Below, in pieces: positions 28,771 to 38,852 of a stretch of 64,000 nucleotides of DNA. Under the pieces are notes generated by a model. The model saw only the letters and a list, made by a program, of their open reading frames with translations. It ran no database searches and was not told where the DNA came from. This DNA is from an uncultured virus (IMG/VR IMGVR_UViG_3300009183_004450) (lineage: Duplodnaviria > Heunggongvirae > Uroviricota > Caudoviricetes). Each line of letters begins with the position of its first letter. Within the stretch, counting starts at the first letter, position 1. Location of the stretch: IMG/VR virus record IMGVR_UViG_3300009183_004450. The stretch is one strand, 5' to 3'. Both the position numbers and the translations under genes were made by a program.

Positions 28771-30036
28771 TTATCGTTTTTGTCGAGGGGTCGAATCTTT
28801 ACTACGAGGTTCGGCACTGCGCCCAGGACGAGTGATTTTATCTGCACTCATACTGGTACCCGGTGCTTTGAGTTTTACTTTTTCTGCCGAGGATGCGGCT
28901 TTAGAGAGATTGGTGTCAGACGATGATGCAGCAGCACCGCCGGATGTATCCACAATTTCTATTTGCGGATAAGGTAAACGAACATCTGCTATAGATGTGA
29001 TATAAATGGTTTTTGCATGTAGTCGTAATCCGCTTTGTGCTAGTTCCTTGGCATTACGGAAAAACACTGTTGTGATAGGATCCTTGGCAAGATTAATATA
29101 CAGTACTCCTTCGTCGTCCTTCATGCTCATGTAATAATCAAAGTTTGCCTTTGCATATTCTTGAAGGGCTGTATTAACATCACCGGATCTAATTCCATCC
29201 ATAATTGGTGTTACATTTAATTTACCACCAAAAATAATTTTAATAACGTTTTCAACTAGATCAAAATATTTTTTTTGCTGTGCATCGTTGTTGTAAAGTT
29301 CTTGACCAATACGAATAGCATCAGTTAAACTTATTCCAGATTTTAATATAGAGTACCCAAGATCAAGTGTTTGAACAAATGCATTTAATGTACGAGCAGC
29401 GGATTCAAATCCTTCGCTGGGACGAACTTCTTGATCGGTGAATCGACCTGCACCACCATCGGTTGTTTTAGCTTCAATTTTTTTACCATCAATCAACAAG
29501 TCACCTTTGCCTTGTGGCTTATTGATATTTTTACTTAATACACTAAGACCAAACTCGCCTTTGCCTTGTCCTAAGGCAGCAATGTGCATCATTTCATCAA
29601 CAAACTCTCTAATTTTAGGTTTATCGTATCCAGAAATAATCTCTGCTAATGTGTGTTTTCCAGGGCTGAGCAATTTCTTACGATTAACTAACTTGTCTGA
29701 ACCCCATAATGCAAATAGCTCTTCACGTTCTTCGGGGGAAAAATCTAAACTTAAAAGATAACGTGCTAATTCTTTTTGTGCGGCTGTAACTGTAGGATCG
29801 TTTAATTGCTGTAATTGTCCATTAATGATTCCAACTTTACCACCAGCATGAACATGCTTTAATAAGTCTTCGATTTCACGTAAGGCTTTAATTGTAGCGT
29901 CATCGGGCGGCAGTTCCTTAATTTTACCAGCAATGACTTGCTTAAATGCTTCAAGCTCTTGTGTATTGGTGTTCTTTAACAGCTCCATGGGAGCTTCAAA
30001 TAGATTAATTAAGGTACGCATATTAGTCATGATCAA
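28771..30036 (-). CDS. Late protein with a PD-(D/E)xK nuclease-like motif
   Basis: GKGEFGL...KGDLLIDGKKIEAKT; TAAATA box 7 nt upstream. Confidence 0.5.
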   Translation of the reverse strand: MIMTNMRTLINLFEAPMELLKNTNTQELEAFKQVIAGKIKELPPDDATIKALREIEDLLKHVHAGGKVGIINGQLQQLNDPTVTAAQKELARYLLSLDFSPEEREELFALWGSDKLVNRKKLLSPGKHTLAEIISGYDKPKIREFVDEMMHIAALGQGKGEFGLSVLSKNINKPQGKGDLLIDGKKIEAKTTDGGAGRFTDQEVRPSEGFESAARTLNAFVQTLDLGYSILKSGISLTDAIRIGQELYNNDAQQKKYFDLVENVIKIIFGGKLNVTPIMDGIRSGDVNTALQEYAKANFDYYMSMKDDEGVLYINLAKDPITTVFFRNAKELAQSGLRLHAKTIYITSIADVRLPYPQIEIVDTSGGAAASSSDTNLSKAASSAEKVKLKAPGTSMSADKITRPGRSAEPRSKDSTPRQKR

Positions 30037-30113
30037 TTATTTATGTTTTTAAAGTATTCTGTTAATTCATGTTGCACTGCAATAAATACTACTGTCACCC
30101 ACAAGGAGAAAAC

Positions 30114-30284
30114 ATGACAATTGACTTTAATAGTCTACAGGAACGTCTACGAGAAATGTTCCTATGCCAATCTAAAAGCGATGTAGAACAATTTATAACA
30201 AGTAAAAATCCCAAATCAGCCGCAGATGTTGAACATTGGATCAAGCAGTGGACGTATAGCAAAGAAAAGTCTTTGGGGTCATGA
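30114..30284 (+). CDS. Small protein (DUF3563-like)
   Basis: SD AAGGAG; EQFITSKNPKSAADVEHW. Confidence 0.6.
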   Translation: MTIDFNSLQERLREMFLCQSKSDVEQFITSKNPKSAADVEHWIKQWTYSKEKSLGS

Positions 30285-30367
30285 TGCGAAAACTGTTAAA
30301 CTCAATCATTCAAGCCAGACAACGCAGAGCGGAGTTATATCTACGCTGTTTAATTGCTGGTATCTAG
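30281..30367 (+). CDS. 28-aa basic peptide MMRKLLNSIIQARQRRAE...
   Basis: ATGA overlap with the previous gene; found by hand. Confidence 0.4.
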   Translation: MMRKLLNSIIQARQRRAELYLRCLIAGI

Positions 30368-30368
30368 T

Positions 30369-31130
30369 TTATTCTCTAGGTAATATAATATCTTTATCCA
30401 GCCACGATGTTACTATTTCATCTTGCCTAACATAACCGTATCTGGTTAAAGATTCTACAACACTGTCATTGAGTAGATTTGCTTCTGCTAGAGTATACCA
30501 AGATGTAGTTTTGGGATTCATTGGCGTAATGTCTGACTTATAAACAGCGGCATATAGCCAATTATCGTTTTGCTCTTTATGGAAGTATGCATCTCTGCAA
30601 TCAAATCCATTGACTGCAAGCATATACATTAAATTTACTATATTGTGATTATAATAGCAAAAGTTATAGCTATGAGTTTGTAGTCTATTGTATGCATAAT
30701 GGGTCGCTTGCGGAAACATAAGCACCATCATTCCGTTTACATTTAACTGTTCATTCCACGCACGTAGCGTACTGATAGGATTAGTTATATATTGAAAAGT
30801 GTCATGGCACCAAATAAAATCAACAGGCACGGGCAATACTGATCCGTTTATATCAAAATCATCCTCAAAAAAATGCACGTTGGGAAGTTTTTTCAGCGAA
30901 GGATCCACTGAAGCAAGATTACGATCAACAGCATAAGTTAAGTAATTACGCGGTTCTGGTGGATCGTCTCTAGTCTCTAATGTTGCCCACCATCTAACAT
31001 CTAAACCTGATCCGCAACCAAAGTCTGCTACACGTTCGATACTATCTAAAAAACTGTCATAGCCGTATAAAATATCTAAGACTTTTTTACTATGATTGTG
31101 ACTTTCTTGTGCGTTTCTAAACGGACCCAT
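30369..31130 (-). CDS. Class I SAM methyltransferase
   Basis: DFGCGSG, DFIWCHDTFQY. Confidence 0.8.
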   Translation of the reverse strand: MGPFRNAQESHNHSKKVLDILYGYDSFLDSIERVADFGCGSGLDVRWWATLETRDDPPEPRNYLTYAVDRNLASVDPSLKKLPNVHFFEDDFDINGSVLPVPVDFIWCHDTFQYITNPISTLRAWNEQLNVNGMMVLMFPQATHYAYNRLQTHSYNFCYYNHNIVNLMYMLAVNGFDCRDAYFHKEQNDNWLYAAVYKSDITPMNPKTTSWYTLAEANLLNDSVVESLTRYGYVRQDEIVTSWLDKDIILPRE

Positions 31131-31368
31131 TTGTTAATACCTCAATGATAACTTGTTCTTTTAATTCTTGTAGTCTAGGTGCAAGTTGATAGCAGGCTTC
31201 TGCTATCTCGTTATCAGTACCCCAACTACGCTGTGTGGCAAGATGGCTTGCCCATTTACCTACAGAATCTTTTAGTAATTGAATATCCACAGCATTATGC
31301 TTGGGACGAGCCTGGCAGCACATGTTGTATTCCGTTAATAATTGATCTGCGTATTCTTTAAAATCCAT
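31117..31368 (-). CDS. Hypothetical protein
   Basis: Start at MDFKEY by TAATG coupling with uvsY. Confidence 0.6.
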   Translation of the reverse strand: MDFKEYADQLLTEYNMCCQARPKHNAVDIQLLKDSVGKWASHLATQRSWGTDNEIAEACYQLAPRLQELKEQVIIEVLTNGSV

Positions 31369-31823
31369 TATGATATTGTAATATCTTCCATTCCGGCTGT
31401 ACGTAGTCGTACAACATGGCCTAGCATAAAGTTTTTGCTTTCTAGACCTTTCATTACACCTAACCAACGATTACGTAATAGTGCAACTTCATTGATGATG
31501 GTTTCAAAGTCAATGACTTCATCTTCTCCATCCACGTACTTTTCAGCATCACGACTCGACAATGCACGAGCATAACCTTCAAGATATTTTTGAAAATGCT
31601 TACGACGAATCTTGCGTAACTGTATGTTTAAGTAGTTAAGAACAGCTTCAATTTCTTGTAGTTGGTTAAATCTATGTTCGGTGATTCCTGGAAGATTGGC
31701 CACGGACTTTTCTACATTGCCTCGAATATAAGTCTCGACCTTGGCCACACCAAGTTCGCCTTCGTAATAATCAATGAAGTCGGGTATTTTTGATAGATCA
31801 GCAACTACTTGATTATACCACAT
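31368..31823 (-). CDS. uvsY: UvsY-like recombination mediator
   Basis: Helical, AEKYVDGEDEV, near uvsX. Confidence 0.75.
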   Translation of the reverse strand: MWYNQVVADLSKIPDFIDYYEGELGVAKVETYIRGNVEKSVANLPGITEHRFNQLQEIEAVLNYLNIQLRKIRRKHFQKYLEGYARALSSRDAEKYVDGEDEVIDFETIINEVALLRNRWLGVMKGLESKNFMLGHVVRLRTAGMEDITIS

Positions 31824-31825
31824 GC

Positions 31826-32047
31826 TTAATCTTCGTAACCTAGATCGTCTTCTTCCTCGTCAACGTATTCATCAAGACTACGTTTAGTATATCCATCTGC
31901 ACCACCAAATTCACGCAACTCACGTTCACTAAGTGCATCAGCCAGCATACTCATTAATGTATCACTGGCAGCTTGACGTTCCTTAACGGGCACGTATTCT
32001 TTAAGAATAGTGTAAGTTTCAATTAGTACTTCTACATCGATGCTCAT
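31826..32047 (-). CDS. Small acidic hypothetical protein
   Basis: Between uvsX and uvsY. Confidence 0.65.
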   Translation of the reverse strand: MSIDVEVLIETYTILKEYVPVKERQAASDTLMSMLADALSERELREFGGADGYTKRSLDEYVDEEEDDLGYED

Positions 32048-33108
32048 TCTTCAATATCTCCCTCAGATTGAGTAATAACAGTTTGATGCGGATTAGCAAT
32101 AAAATCTGTCATCACTTTATCAAGTGATTCATTTTCATTGCGTTCCCAGGCTTTACGGAATTGCTTGATCACCGTGCCATCAATTAGTGTGTACACAAGA
32201 CTATTGCCTTCTTTCTTTAGCAATCCTTTGCCTTCGAACATATCTACTAATCCCGAGTACGGATTCATACCTGTTTCGTAAGGAATTTTAACTTGCACAC
32301 TTTCAAATGGTTTATTGTAACGTGTTTTCATGATCTTACAAGCGGCCCTAATGCCTTTAACTTCACTTATCTTGTTGCCATCTTCATCTTCTTTGAGTTT
32401 GAGTTTCTTCATTGCAACTACAATTGAGCTGGCATAGATAAAGCCTTGTCCACCTGATATCTTGTCATCAGGATCAAACATGTCTTGACTTGCATAAGTG
32501 TGATTGGTGCATACTAGTCCAATGTTCAATGAACCAAACATGTTAACGCAATTACGAACAAGACTGGTTAGTGCCTTGGGCTTACGACCCATGTCACCTT
32601 TCATTTCGCCTGCTTCAAATTGATTAACGTCTGTGGGTGTTAACAACATACCAAGACTGTCCAACACAAACAATACTTTAGGCCTACCTTCTTCGGGCAA
32701 TGTCTTGTACTCTTTAACAAAGTCACTGATAACTTTAGCCACATCATCAATCATGGCCATGTTTAGTTTAAGCATTTTATCTTCACTAGTATCCACGCCT
32801 AGTGCATGTAACCATGCTTCATCAAGAGCGTTTTCAGTATCAACAAGAATAACATAGATGCCTTGCGCCTGTGCATTTTTAACCAAGTTACCCGAGCAGA
32901 TAAAACTTTTACCTGCACCCGACTCGCCAGCAAACACAGTAACCTTGCCCATCGGAATACCTTTATTAAAGTCTCCTGAGATCAAATAGTTCAATGCAAA
33001 GTTGTTTGTTGAGATCCAGTCTGTTGGATCAGTGAAGCCTACACTAATACCATCAATTGCTTTAGTGATATTCTTGCGAAATTTTGATACGTCAAATGGT
33101 TTTGCCAT
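32044..33108 (-). CDS. uvsX: UvsX/RecA-like recombinase
   Basis: GESGAGKS, DTENA, LDSLG, NHTY, SGG. Confidence 0.93.
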   Translation of the reverse strand: MAKPFDVSKFRKNITKAIDGISVGFTDPTDWISTNNFALNYLISGDFNKGIPMGKVTVFAGESGAGKSFICSGNLVKNAQAQGIYVILVDTENALDEAWLHALGVDTSEDKMLKLNMAMIDDVAKVISDFVKEYKTLPEEGRPKVLFVLDSLGMLLTPTDVNQFEAGEMKGDMGRKPKALTSLVRNCVNMFGSLNIGLVCTNHTYASQDMFDPDDKISGGQGFIYASSIVVAMKKLKLKEDEDGNKISEVKGIRAACKIMKTRYNKPFESVQVKIPYETGMNPYSGLVDMFEGKGLLKKEGNSLVYTLIDGTVIKQFRKAWERNENESLDKVMTDFIANPHQTVITQSEGDIEE

Positions 33109-34066
33109 GATTGTTTTCCTTAATTAAATTTAAAAGTCGTTCTGCATAATATTGATGTTGCTTTGGGCCAGGATGTTGTTGGTCTGTTCCTAAATCAATG
33201 AAATCCAATGGATCGTCATACTCATAATGAGTTCTTTCTACTGCACAATCAATATAGTTAGGCATTTTATCAAAAACTGATCTAAAATATGTTGTGTCCA
33301 TTAAATTAATTAAATATAACTTTGCGTTAATTTTTTCGCAGTAGTTTTTAACTTGCAAAATGTTTTTTATTACACTTACAAATTTAGTCTGGCTGTCAAA
33401 ATAATCTAATTTATAATGCTGCAAATTACGCGGAAGTTTACTATATCCAGTAACTGGTACTGCGTGTAAATTCCAGTTTTTTGCATAGTCAACTCTTGAA
33501 ATATCTGTTAACCCCCACACCACAGTGTCACCTGGTCTGACATCAGATCTTAAAATTTGATCCGCGCACCAGGTATTTGAATGTCCAGGCAAAGATAACG
33601 ATATTTCTGGCATACCAAGTGTATTGGACAAAATTGATCCCCAGCGTTCATTATAATTAACTCCCACACCATATGTTACACTACAACCAAGAGTCCACAA
33701 TACTGGATTGTCACTGGTACGTTTTTTTAATAAACTATTAAAAAAATTATAATCTAACTTGTCGATCCATTCAAAGTTTTTAACTTTATCTCGTACTCTA
33801 AATAATTCATTTACCAATCTACCGTATTGAAAATAATCTCCGTCTTTTAAATTATCATTATAAAGATCTAAATCAACTAAAATTATTTCGTTTGCTGATT
33901 GTATTGTTCTTTGTATGTTTTCAAATTGAATATCGGCAATAGAAGTATGATAATCAATTTGCTCGTTAATTGATAATGCTTTATTTAAATTGGTATTATC
34001 TAATAGTTTTGATTTATTATCAAACTTATGCCGGGAATGGGAAATATATAATTTATTAATTGCCAT
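33092..34066 (-). CDS. SGNH-like protein
   Basis: GCSVTYGVG, GHSN, DQQHPG. Confidence 0.6.
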   Translation of the reverse strand: MAINKLYISHSRHKFDNKSKLLDNTNLNKALSINEQIDYHTSIADIQFENIQRTIQSANEIILVDLDLYNDNLKDGDYFQYGRLVNELFRVRDKVKNFEWIDKLDYNFFNSLLKKRTSDNPVLWTLGCSVTYGVGVNYNERWGSILSNTLGMPEISLSLPGHSNTWCADQILRSDVRPGDTVVWGLTDISRVDYAKNWNLHAVPVTGYSKLPRNLQHYKLDYFDSQTKFVSVIKNILQVKNYCEKINAKLYLINLMDTTYFRSVFDKMPNYIDCAVERTHYEYDDPLDFIDLGTDQQHPGPKQHQYYAERLLNLIKENNHGKTI

Positions 34067-35201
34067 ATAATTTGTTAAAAATTTTAGTGCTATCTAGGCC
34101 TCGTCGTTGATCCAAAATTTTTATTTGTTTAAAGGACTCAGTTAAATTCTTTTCAATTGGTTGATTAATATAATCTAATACATTACGGTATCCGTTTTCT
34201 ATTAGAAATCCTGGATGATCGTTTATTCGTTGTACTAGTTTTTCCTTAACTAAGTTTAACATATTTTCTGGTAAATGCCTAATATTTAGATAGTCAGGTT
34301 GTAATAACGCACCAATAACGAAACTATTATTGTGGAATCCTAAACCTTTTAAGTAATCCACACAATTAAATATTGACTGATAGTTTAGTAAAAAGTGTAG
34401 CATATTAAAAGAAACTTTATGATCTAGATTTCGTACTATGTTTAAATTATCCAAGAAGTCGGTCCATTTTCCACCATAGCGAATATACTCATATTCTTCT
34501 TCTATAGACTCAACACTTATAGTCCAATGCACATTCTTAAACGTGCAAATTAAATCAAATATACGTGTATCTACTTTGCTTAAATTTGTGTTTATGCGTA
34601 AATTAACCTCAGGATTTTTTTCTTTAAGTAATTCTAGAAATTCTAAATTCTCTTTTATTAGTAAGGGCTCGCCGCCGGCCATGTATACATGTTTCAATTG
34701 AGCAGCATTTTCAAAGATATAATTCTTAAATTCTTTTTTCTTTTCGTCTGCAGGTGTACTAATCTTAATATCTAATTCGCTGGCCCATCGACTACTAAAC
34801 TCAGGGTTGCAATATACGCAGGAAAAATTACAAAGATTACTCCATCGCAGATCAACTGTATGGAGATTAAATGTGGTTGGTTCATCATAGGTATCAAGTG
34901 GAACTGATTTAAGTTCTTTAAGATAAAATACTCGATCACTGATTATATCAAAACTGTTCTTTTTAATCTCTAAATCATAACAAGGAGAACACCGTGGCCC
35001 GGGCTCGTTGATGATCATGTTAAATCGTGTATGAATGTTCTTTACATTATTAACAATTTCTTCAATGGGTTGATTGTGTATATTTCCAATTGGTGCAGAA
35101 CTTCGAATACAATTCTTAACATTGCCATCAAAATTGTACATTAACCCAGTCCACGGTACCGGACAAAAATGTTGATTAGTTAAATACTCTTTACTTTTCA
35201 T
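34056..35201 (-). CDS. Radical SAM protein with N-terminal twitch-like domain
   Basis: CPVPW, CNFSCVYC, GGEP. Confidence 0.9.
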   Translation of the reverse strand: MKSKEYLTNQHFCPVPWTGLMYNFDGNVKNCIRSSAPIGNIHNQPIEEIVNNVKNIHTRFNMIINEPGPRCSPCYDLEIKKNSFDIISDRVFYLKELKSVPLDTYDEPTTFNLHTVDLRWSNLCNFSCVYCNPEFSSRWASELDIKISTPADEKKKEFKNYIFENAAQLKHVYMAGGEPLLIKENLEFLELLKEKNPEVNLRINTNLSKVDTRIFDLICTFKNVHWTISVESIEEEYEYIRYGGKWTDFLDNLNIVRNLDHKVSFNMLHFLLNYQSIFNCVDYLKGLGFHNNSFVIGALLQPDYLNIRHLPENMLNLVKEKLVQRINDHPGFLIENGYRNVLDYINQPIEKNLTESFKQIKILDQRRGLDSTKIFNKLYGN

Positions 35202-35746
35202 GGATAGTTTACACCTAATGCAATTTCACCTACCTCTAAATCTGATCCAGAATCTAATATACTAACTAATCTTTCTGCCCACGCATTAACATCTGCAAAT
35301 GGTCTTGGACTTGTTTGTCCTGGTTGTGTTGCTACGGCACCGGGCTTTACTAGGCATAGTTTTGGCCAATTATGTAGGTACAATAATTGCCTATGTGCTT
35401 GCTCCAATGCTAGTTTTTGATTATGGTACTCAATCATTTCTATTCCAGGCAAGGTGCTTACTGGCTCTAGAGTCATCATGGTACTAATGTTAATAATTTT
35501 TTTATTTTCTTTACCTTGCCATATTTTATAAACAGCAAATAATAATTCGGTCTGTGCAAATCCTGCCTGTGCATTATTGATAAAAATATCACAGTCTTGT
35601 ATCTTCTCTACTAATTTTGGTATACTACGAATATTATATCCGTTACGACGGCTGAGGCCTACAATTTCGTGTCCTTGCGATTCATATATTTTTGCTAATG
35701 CCTGCCCTATGCCGGCACTGTGTCCTGTGATTGCTATTTTAGCCAT
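35198..35746 (-). CDS. Short-chain dehydrogenase/reductase
   Basis: TGHSAGIG, INNA, YHNQK. Confidence 0.85.
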   Translation of the reverse strand: MAKIAITGHSAGIGQALAKIYESQGHEIVGLSRRNGYNIRSIPKLVEKIQDCDIFINNAQAGFAQTELLFAVYKIWQGKENKKIINISTMMTLEPVSTLPGIEMIEYHNQKLALEQAHRQLLYLHNWPKLCLVKPGAVATQPGQTSPRPFADVNAWAERLVSILDSGSDLEVGEIALGVNYP

Positions 35747-36207
35747 TTTAAAGGTTCATTATGAAAAGTAAAACTTGCTACTATACGTGGTACTTCTGCT
35801 GTTGTAGTTTGTTCTACACTATGTTCAATTTGAGAATTAAAAACAATTGGTTGTGCCATATCCAGCAATTCTGCTACTAATTCATTATTGATGTACCAAC
35901 GATTCGCCCAACCTGTAGTATTGCTTACAGGAAAATTAATTTTTGCTATCACCGGCTGTTCATCAATATGTCGGGCAAGATGAGTATTATCAGTTATGAT
36001 AGTTATTGCTGCATGCCTCGGTATTAGTTTATGTTGTTTAAAAAAATCAATCAGTTCCGGGACATCTTTTATTAATTTTTCACAATCAATGAAATGCCAT
36101 CCATATGCTGTTGTATTCAATATATCAGTTTTTTCTTTTACAAACTGATATATCTGATCTGAAATAATTTTAACGTTATCGCACGGCAGTTCTACATAGC
36201 ACTTCAT
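35734..36207 (-). CDS. Possible 2OG-Fe(II)/cupin-fold oxygenase
   Basis: HID...H...R pattern. Confidence 0.5.
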   Translation of the reverse strand: MKCYVELPCDNVKIISDQIYQFVKEKTDILNTTAYGWHFIDCEKLIKDVPELIDFFKQHKLIPRHAAITIITDNTHLARHIDEQPVIAKINFPVSNTTGWANRWYINNELVAELLDMAQPIVFNSQIEHSVEQTTTAEVPRIVASFTFHNEPLKWLK

Positions 36208-37136
36208 ATTCCACGTAATTCCTTTTGTTTTTTTATAAATTCATCTAACTCGTTTTGATTATTTTTATCAATCGCTATGTTGTCAGGAAACAAACTCTTA
36301 TAAGGGGTCGTTAACGTGTTTGCATATTTTATGTTAACGGGATCTGGGTAATGCAAAAATGCATACGAATGTGTTATTTGATGCTCGGCAACAAATTCTT
36401 TAATTGCTGTAAAGTTATGAATATTTAATGCACTAACTGTGGTCCAGGTATTTAGTTCTATGTTGGGCATACTTTTATATGTCATAAGATTAGCATAAAA
36501 CTTGTCCCATTTGATAGGCCAACGTACAAGATCATGTGTTTGTTCTAAGCCATCTAGACTAACTGTAACAACAACTTTGATTCCACGGTTAATTAAATTT
36601 TTAATTTCTTCAATTACAATCGAACAATTTGTATTAATGCGTACTTCTTGAACACTTGATGGTAAATTCTGTAATACATTCAGATAATTTTTACTGGCAC
36701 TAGGTTCCCCGCCATTGATATCTAATTTAACAATACGGTTTACAGGCAACTGCCAAAAACGATTTGTATTATCTATTATAGGATACGTTTTAGATATTAA
36801 ACTACCAATTTTTGTACTGCAATGTTCATTGCAAGTTAAACATCCACTATTACAAATATTGTCTAGTACACCGCCAACTATTAAGTAATCTCGTCGAGTT
36901 TGCTGTTGATGGAATCTAATTGTATGTACTCTGATACTGTCTTGTTCTAATGCTTCTGTTTCTCTGCAACGTATGCATTCTTGAGGCCATATTAATTGTT
37001 TTGTTTTATATAACCATTCACTATCTTCCATCTGTTGTAATGAGTCAAATTGCGGTGCGTTAACCATGTGACCACATCGGCTAACAGTACCGTTAGAATT
37101 AAATCTTACAAAATGATCTAAACGAGGACATTGCAT
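36204..37136 (-). CDS. Radical SAM protein
   Basis: CNSGCLTC, GGEP, N-terminal Cys cluster. Confidence 0.88.
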   Translation of the reverse strand: MQCPRLDHFVRFNSNGTVSRCGHMVNAPQFDSLQQMEDSEWLYKTKQLIWPQECIRCRETEALEQDSIRVHTIRFHQQQTRRDYLIVGGVLDNICNSGCLTCNEHCSTKIGSLISKTYPIIDNTNRFWQLPVNRIVKLDINGGEPSASKNYLNVLQNLPSSVQEVRINTNCSIVIEEIKNLINRGIKVVVTVSLDGLEQTHDLVRWPIKWDKFYANLMTYKSMPNIELNTWTTVSALNIHNFTAIKEFVAEHQITHSYAFLHYPDPVNIKYANTLTTPYKSLFPDNIAIDKNNQNELDEFIKKQKELRGI

Positions 37137-37741
37137 AAAAGAATATTACCTAAATTTATTGACCGCTGGATAACTTCTTGGTACACAGTTGGATAACGAT
37201 CCTTAATTGCTTGCATAATTTCCGCAAGCTCTACAGTTTGGCCTATTAGGGTTTCTGTTAATACTTTATCTATTTGCAAATAAAATTGAGCCTTGGGTGA
37301 AAATAATTCACCAGGTTGAATTTTGTTTTCGTTTGCGTTTTTGTGTAATGTAGTTATGCTTGATAATTCAGATATAGGATTAATTTTTATTTTTGCTGCT
37401 GTAAATCTACGTAAATTAACTAGCCAATGGAACTGTGGGCAAAAATGTCGATTTAAAAATAAATGATTATTGGCTACCCATAACAGTGTTGCTCTGTCGT
37501 AAGTAGGAGAGTTATGTTGTATCCAAGTAGTTATACCGGATTGAAATCTGTCAAAAGGATCTCTAACAAATATTTCCACTGTATCCAAATTTGGTAATTC
37601 TGCAGAATCTAATATTCTAAATCCAGAATTGTATAAACTACTACTACCATTTTTATAAATTGGATAAACAAACCGTTGTGGGGCAATTTCTAGTACCTCA
37701 CAACGGTCCGGGAAAATAATGTTATCTAGTTGCGATAACAT
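37118..37741 (-). CDS. Sulfotransferase-family-like protein
   Basis: IYKNGSSS, VRDPFDRFQSG, HFCPQ. Confidence 0.6.
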   Translation of the reverse strand: MLSQLDNIIFPDRCEVLEIAPQRFVYPIYKNGSSSLYNSGFRILDSAELPNLDTVEIFVRDPFDRFQSGITTWIQHNSPTYDRATLLWVANNHLFLNRHFCPQFHWLVNLRRFTAAKIKINPISELSSITTLHKNANENKIQPGELFSPKAQFYLQIDKVLTETLIGQTVELAEIMQAIKDRYPTVYQEVIQRSINLGNILLCNVLV

Positions 37742-37752
37742 CTGTTACAACC

Positions 37753-38739
37753 TTATTTTGCGCGATTGCGAATCATTGCTAGGATGTCTTCTGCCTTTTG
37801 ACTTGAAGGTTTAGCAGCAACAGGTGCAGTAGCCACTGGTACGTCATCTTCGTCTGCATCAAACGGAGCAGATTCTACAGGTGCAGGAGCTGCCGCTGGT
37901 GCTGCCTTGGCAGTTGGTGCACCTCCGGTATTATCATCACCACCTTTAGCAGTGAAGCCGCTAGGCTTGAAATACTGACCCCAGCGATCCGGATCGTATG
38001 CTTGACCATCAACTGATGCTTCAAACATTTCTTTGAGCACTTTGAGTTCAACATCACCTGGACGCTTGGGCAGGAAGTCTGCCAAGTTGTACAAACCGTG
38101 TGCATCAATTGCTGCTTGTTCCGATGCTGTCAGCGCAGTCTCTTTGCGACTCCACTTGCTAGTGCTGTAGTCTGCATAACCACCTTTGCTAGTCTTTGTT
38201 ACAGTAAAATCCAAACCAGCGGTGTAATCAGTCGGCATACTTTCTAGTTCTGGATCCATTAGTGCAGACTTGATTAAATTAAAAATCTGCGGGCTTATCA
38301 CAAACCGGCGTATTGGGTTCTCTGGTGTTTTGTCATCCGCGAGTGGATTGTCTTTTACAAAGCCTTGGAACAAATAACTTTTCTTCTTCCAATACTTACG
38401 GCCCATTTCTTCTAGACTTGGATCTTTAAACCATGTACGTACTTCTGCTAGGATTGGGCAAGCCTCTCCGTACATCTCTACGCATGGTACTTGTACTACT
38501 ACGGGCTTACTATCCGCTTGACCTTTAACACCCGCAAAAGGTAGTTTGATCATTAAACGCTCAACCCAAAAGAAAGAGTTGCTTGTGTTTGCGTCTGGTA
38601 AGAAACGGATTTTTGCACTTGAGCCTTCTGGAATGTTCCAGTGTGCATAGATGGCGTTATCGCCTTGTGATTGACCGCCTTGTGAACGGGTCTCTTGCGC
38701 TTGTAGCTTTGCGCGAATTTCTGCTAATGATGTTGCCAT
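37753..38739 (-). CDS. gp32: Single-stranded DNA-binding protein (gp32-like)
   Basis: IRFLP, Cys pair, YADYSTSKW, acidic/Ala tail. Confidence 0.88.
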   Translation of the reverse strand: MATSLAEIRAKLQAQETRSQGGQSQGDNAIYAHWNIPEGSSAKIRFLPDANTSNSFFWVERLMIKLPFAGVKGQADSKPVVVQVPCVEMYGEACPILAEVRTWFKDPSLEEMGRKYWKKKSYLFQGFVKDNPLADDKTPENPIRRFVISPQIFNLIKSALMDPELESMPTDYTAGLDFTVTKTSKGGYADYSTSKWSRKETALTASEQAAIDAHGLYNLADFLPKRPGDVELKVLKEMFEASVDGQAYDPDRWGQYFKPSGFTAKGGDDNTGGAPTAKAAPAAAPAPVESAPFDADEDDVPVATAPVAAKPSSQKAEDILAMIRNRAK

Positions 38740-38796
38740 AATGTTTTCTCCTTAAGATGGTCTTTAGTGTGCCTAGATACATAACTGCACCGTGCA

Positions 38797-38826
38797 ATTA
38801 TATAACAGTAGTATTTATCTTGTCAA
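38797..38826 (-). promoter_or_regulatory. gp32 promoter: sigma70 with a nested late box
   Basis: TTGACA-18-TATAAT with TAAATA in the spacer. Confidence 0.7.
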
Positions 38827-38852
38827 ACAAAAATTAATTATTTTTAATCCAT

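Noticed and set aside
20685..30367. Small ORFs as RiPP precursors for the radical SAM enzymes
   Set aside because: No leader/core pattern, and no RRE, peptidase or transporter nearby
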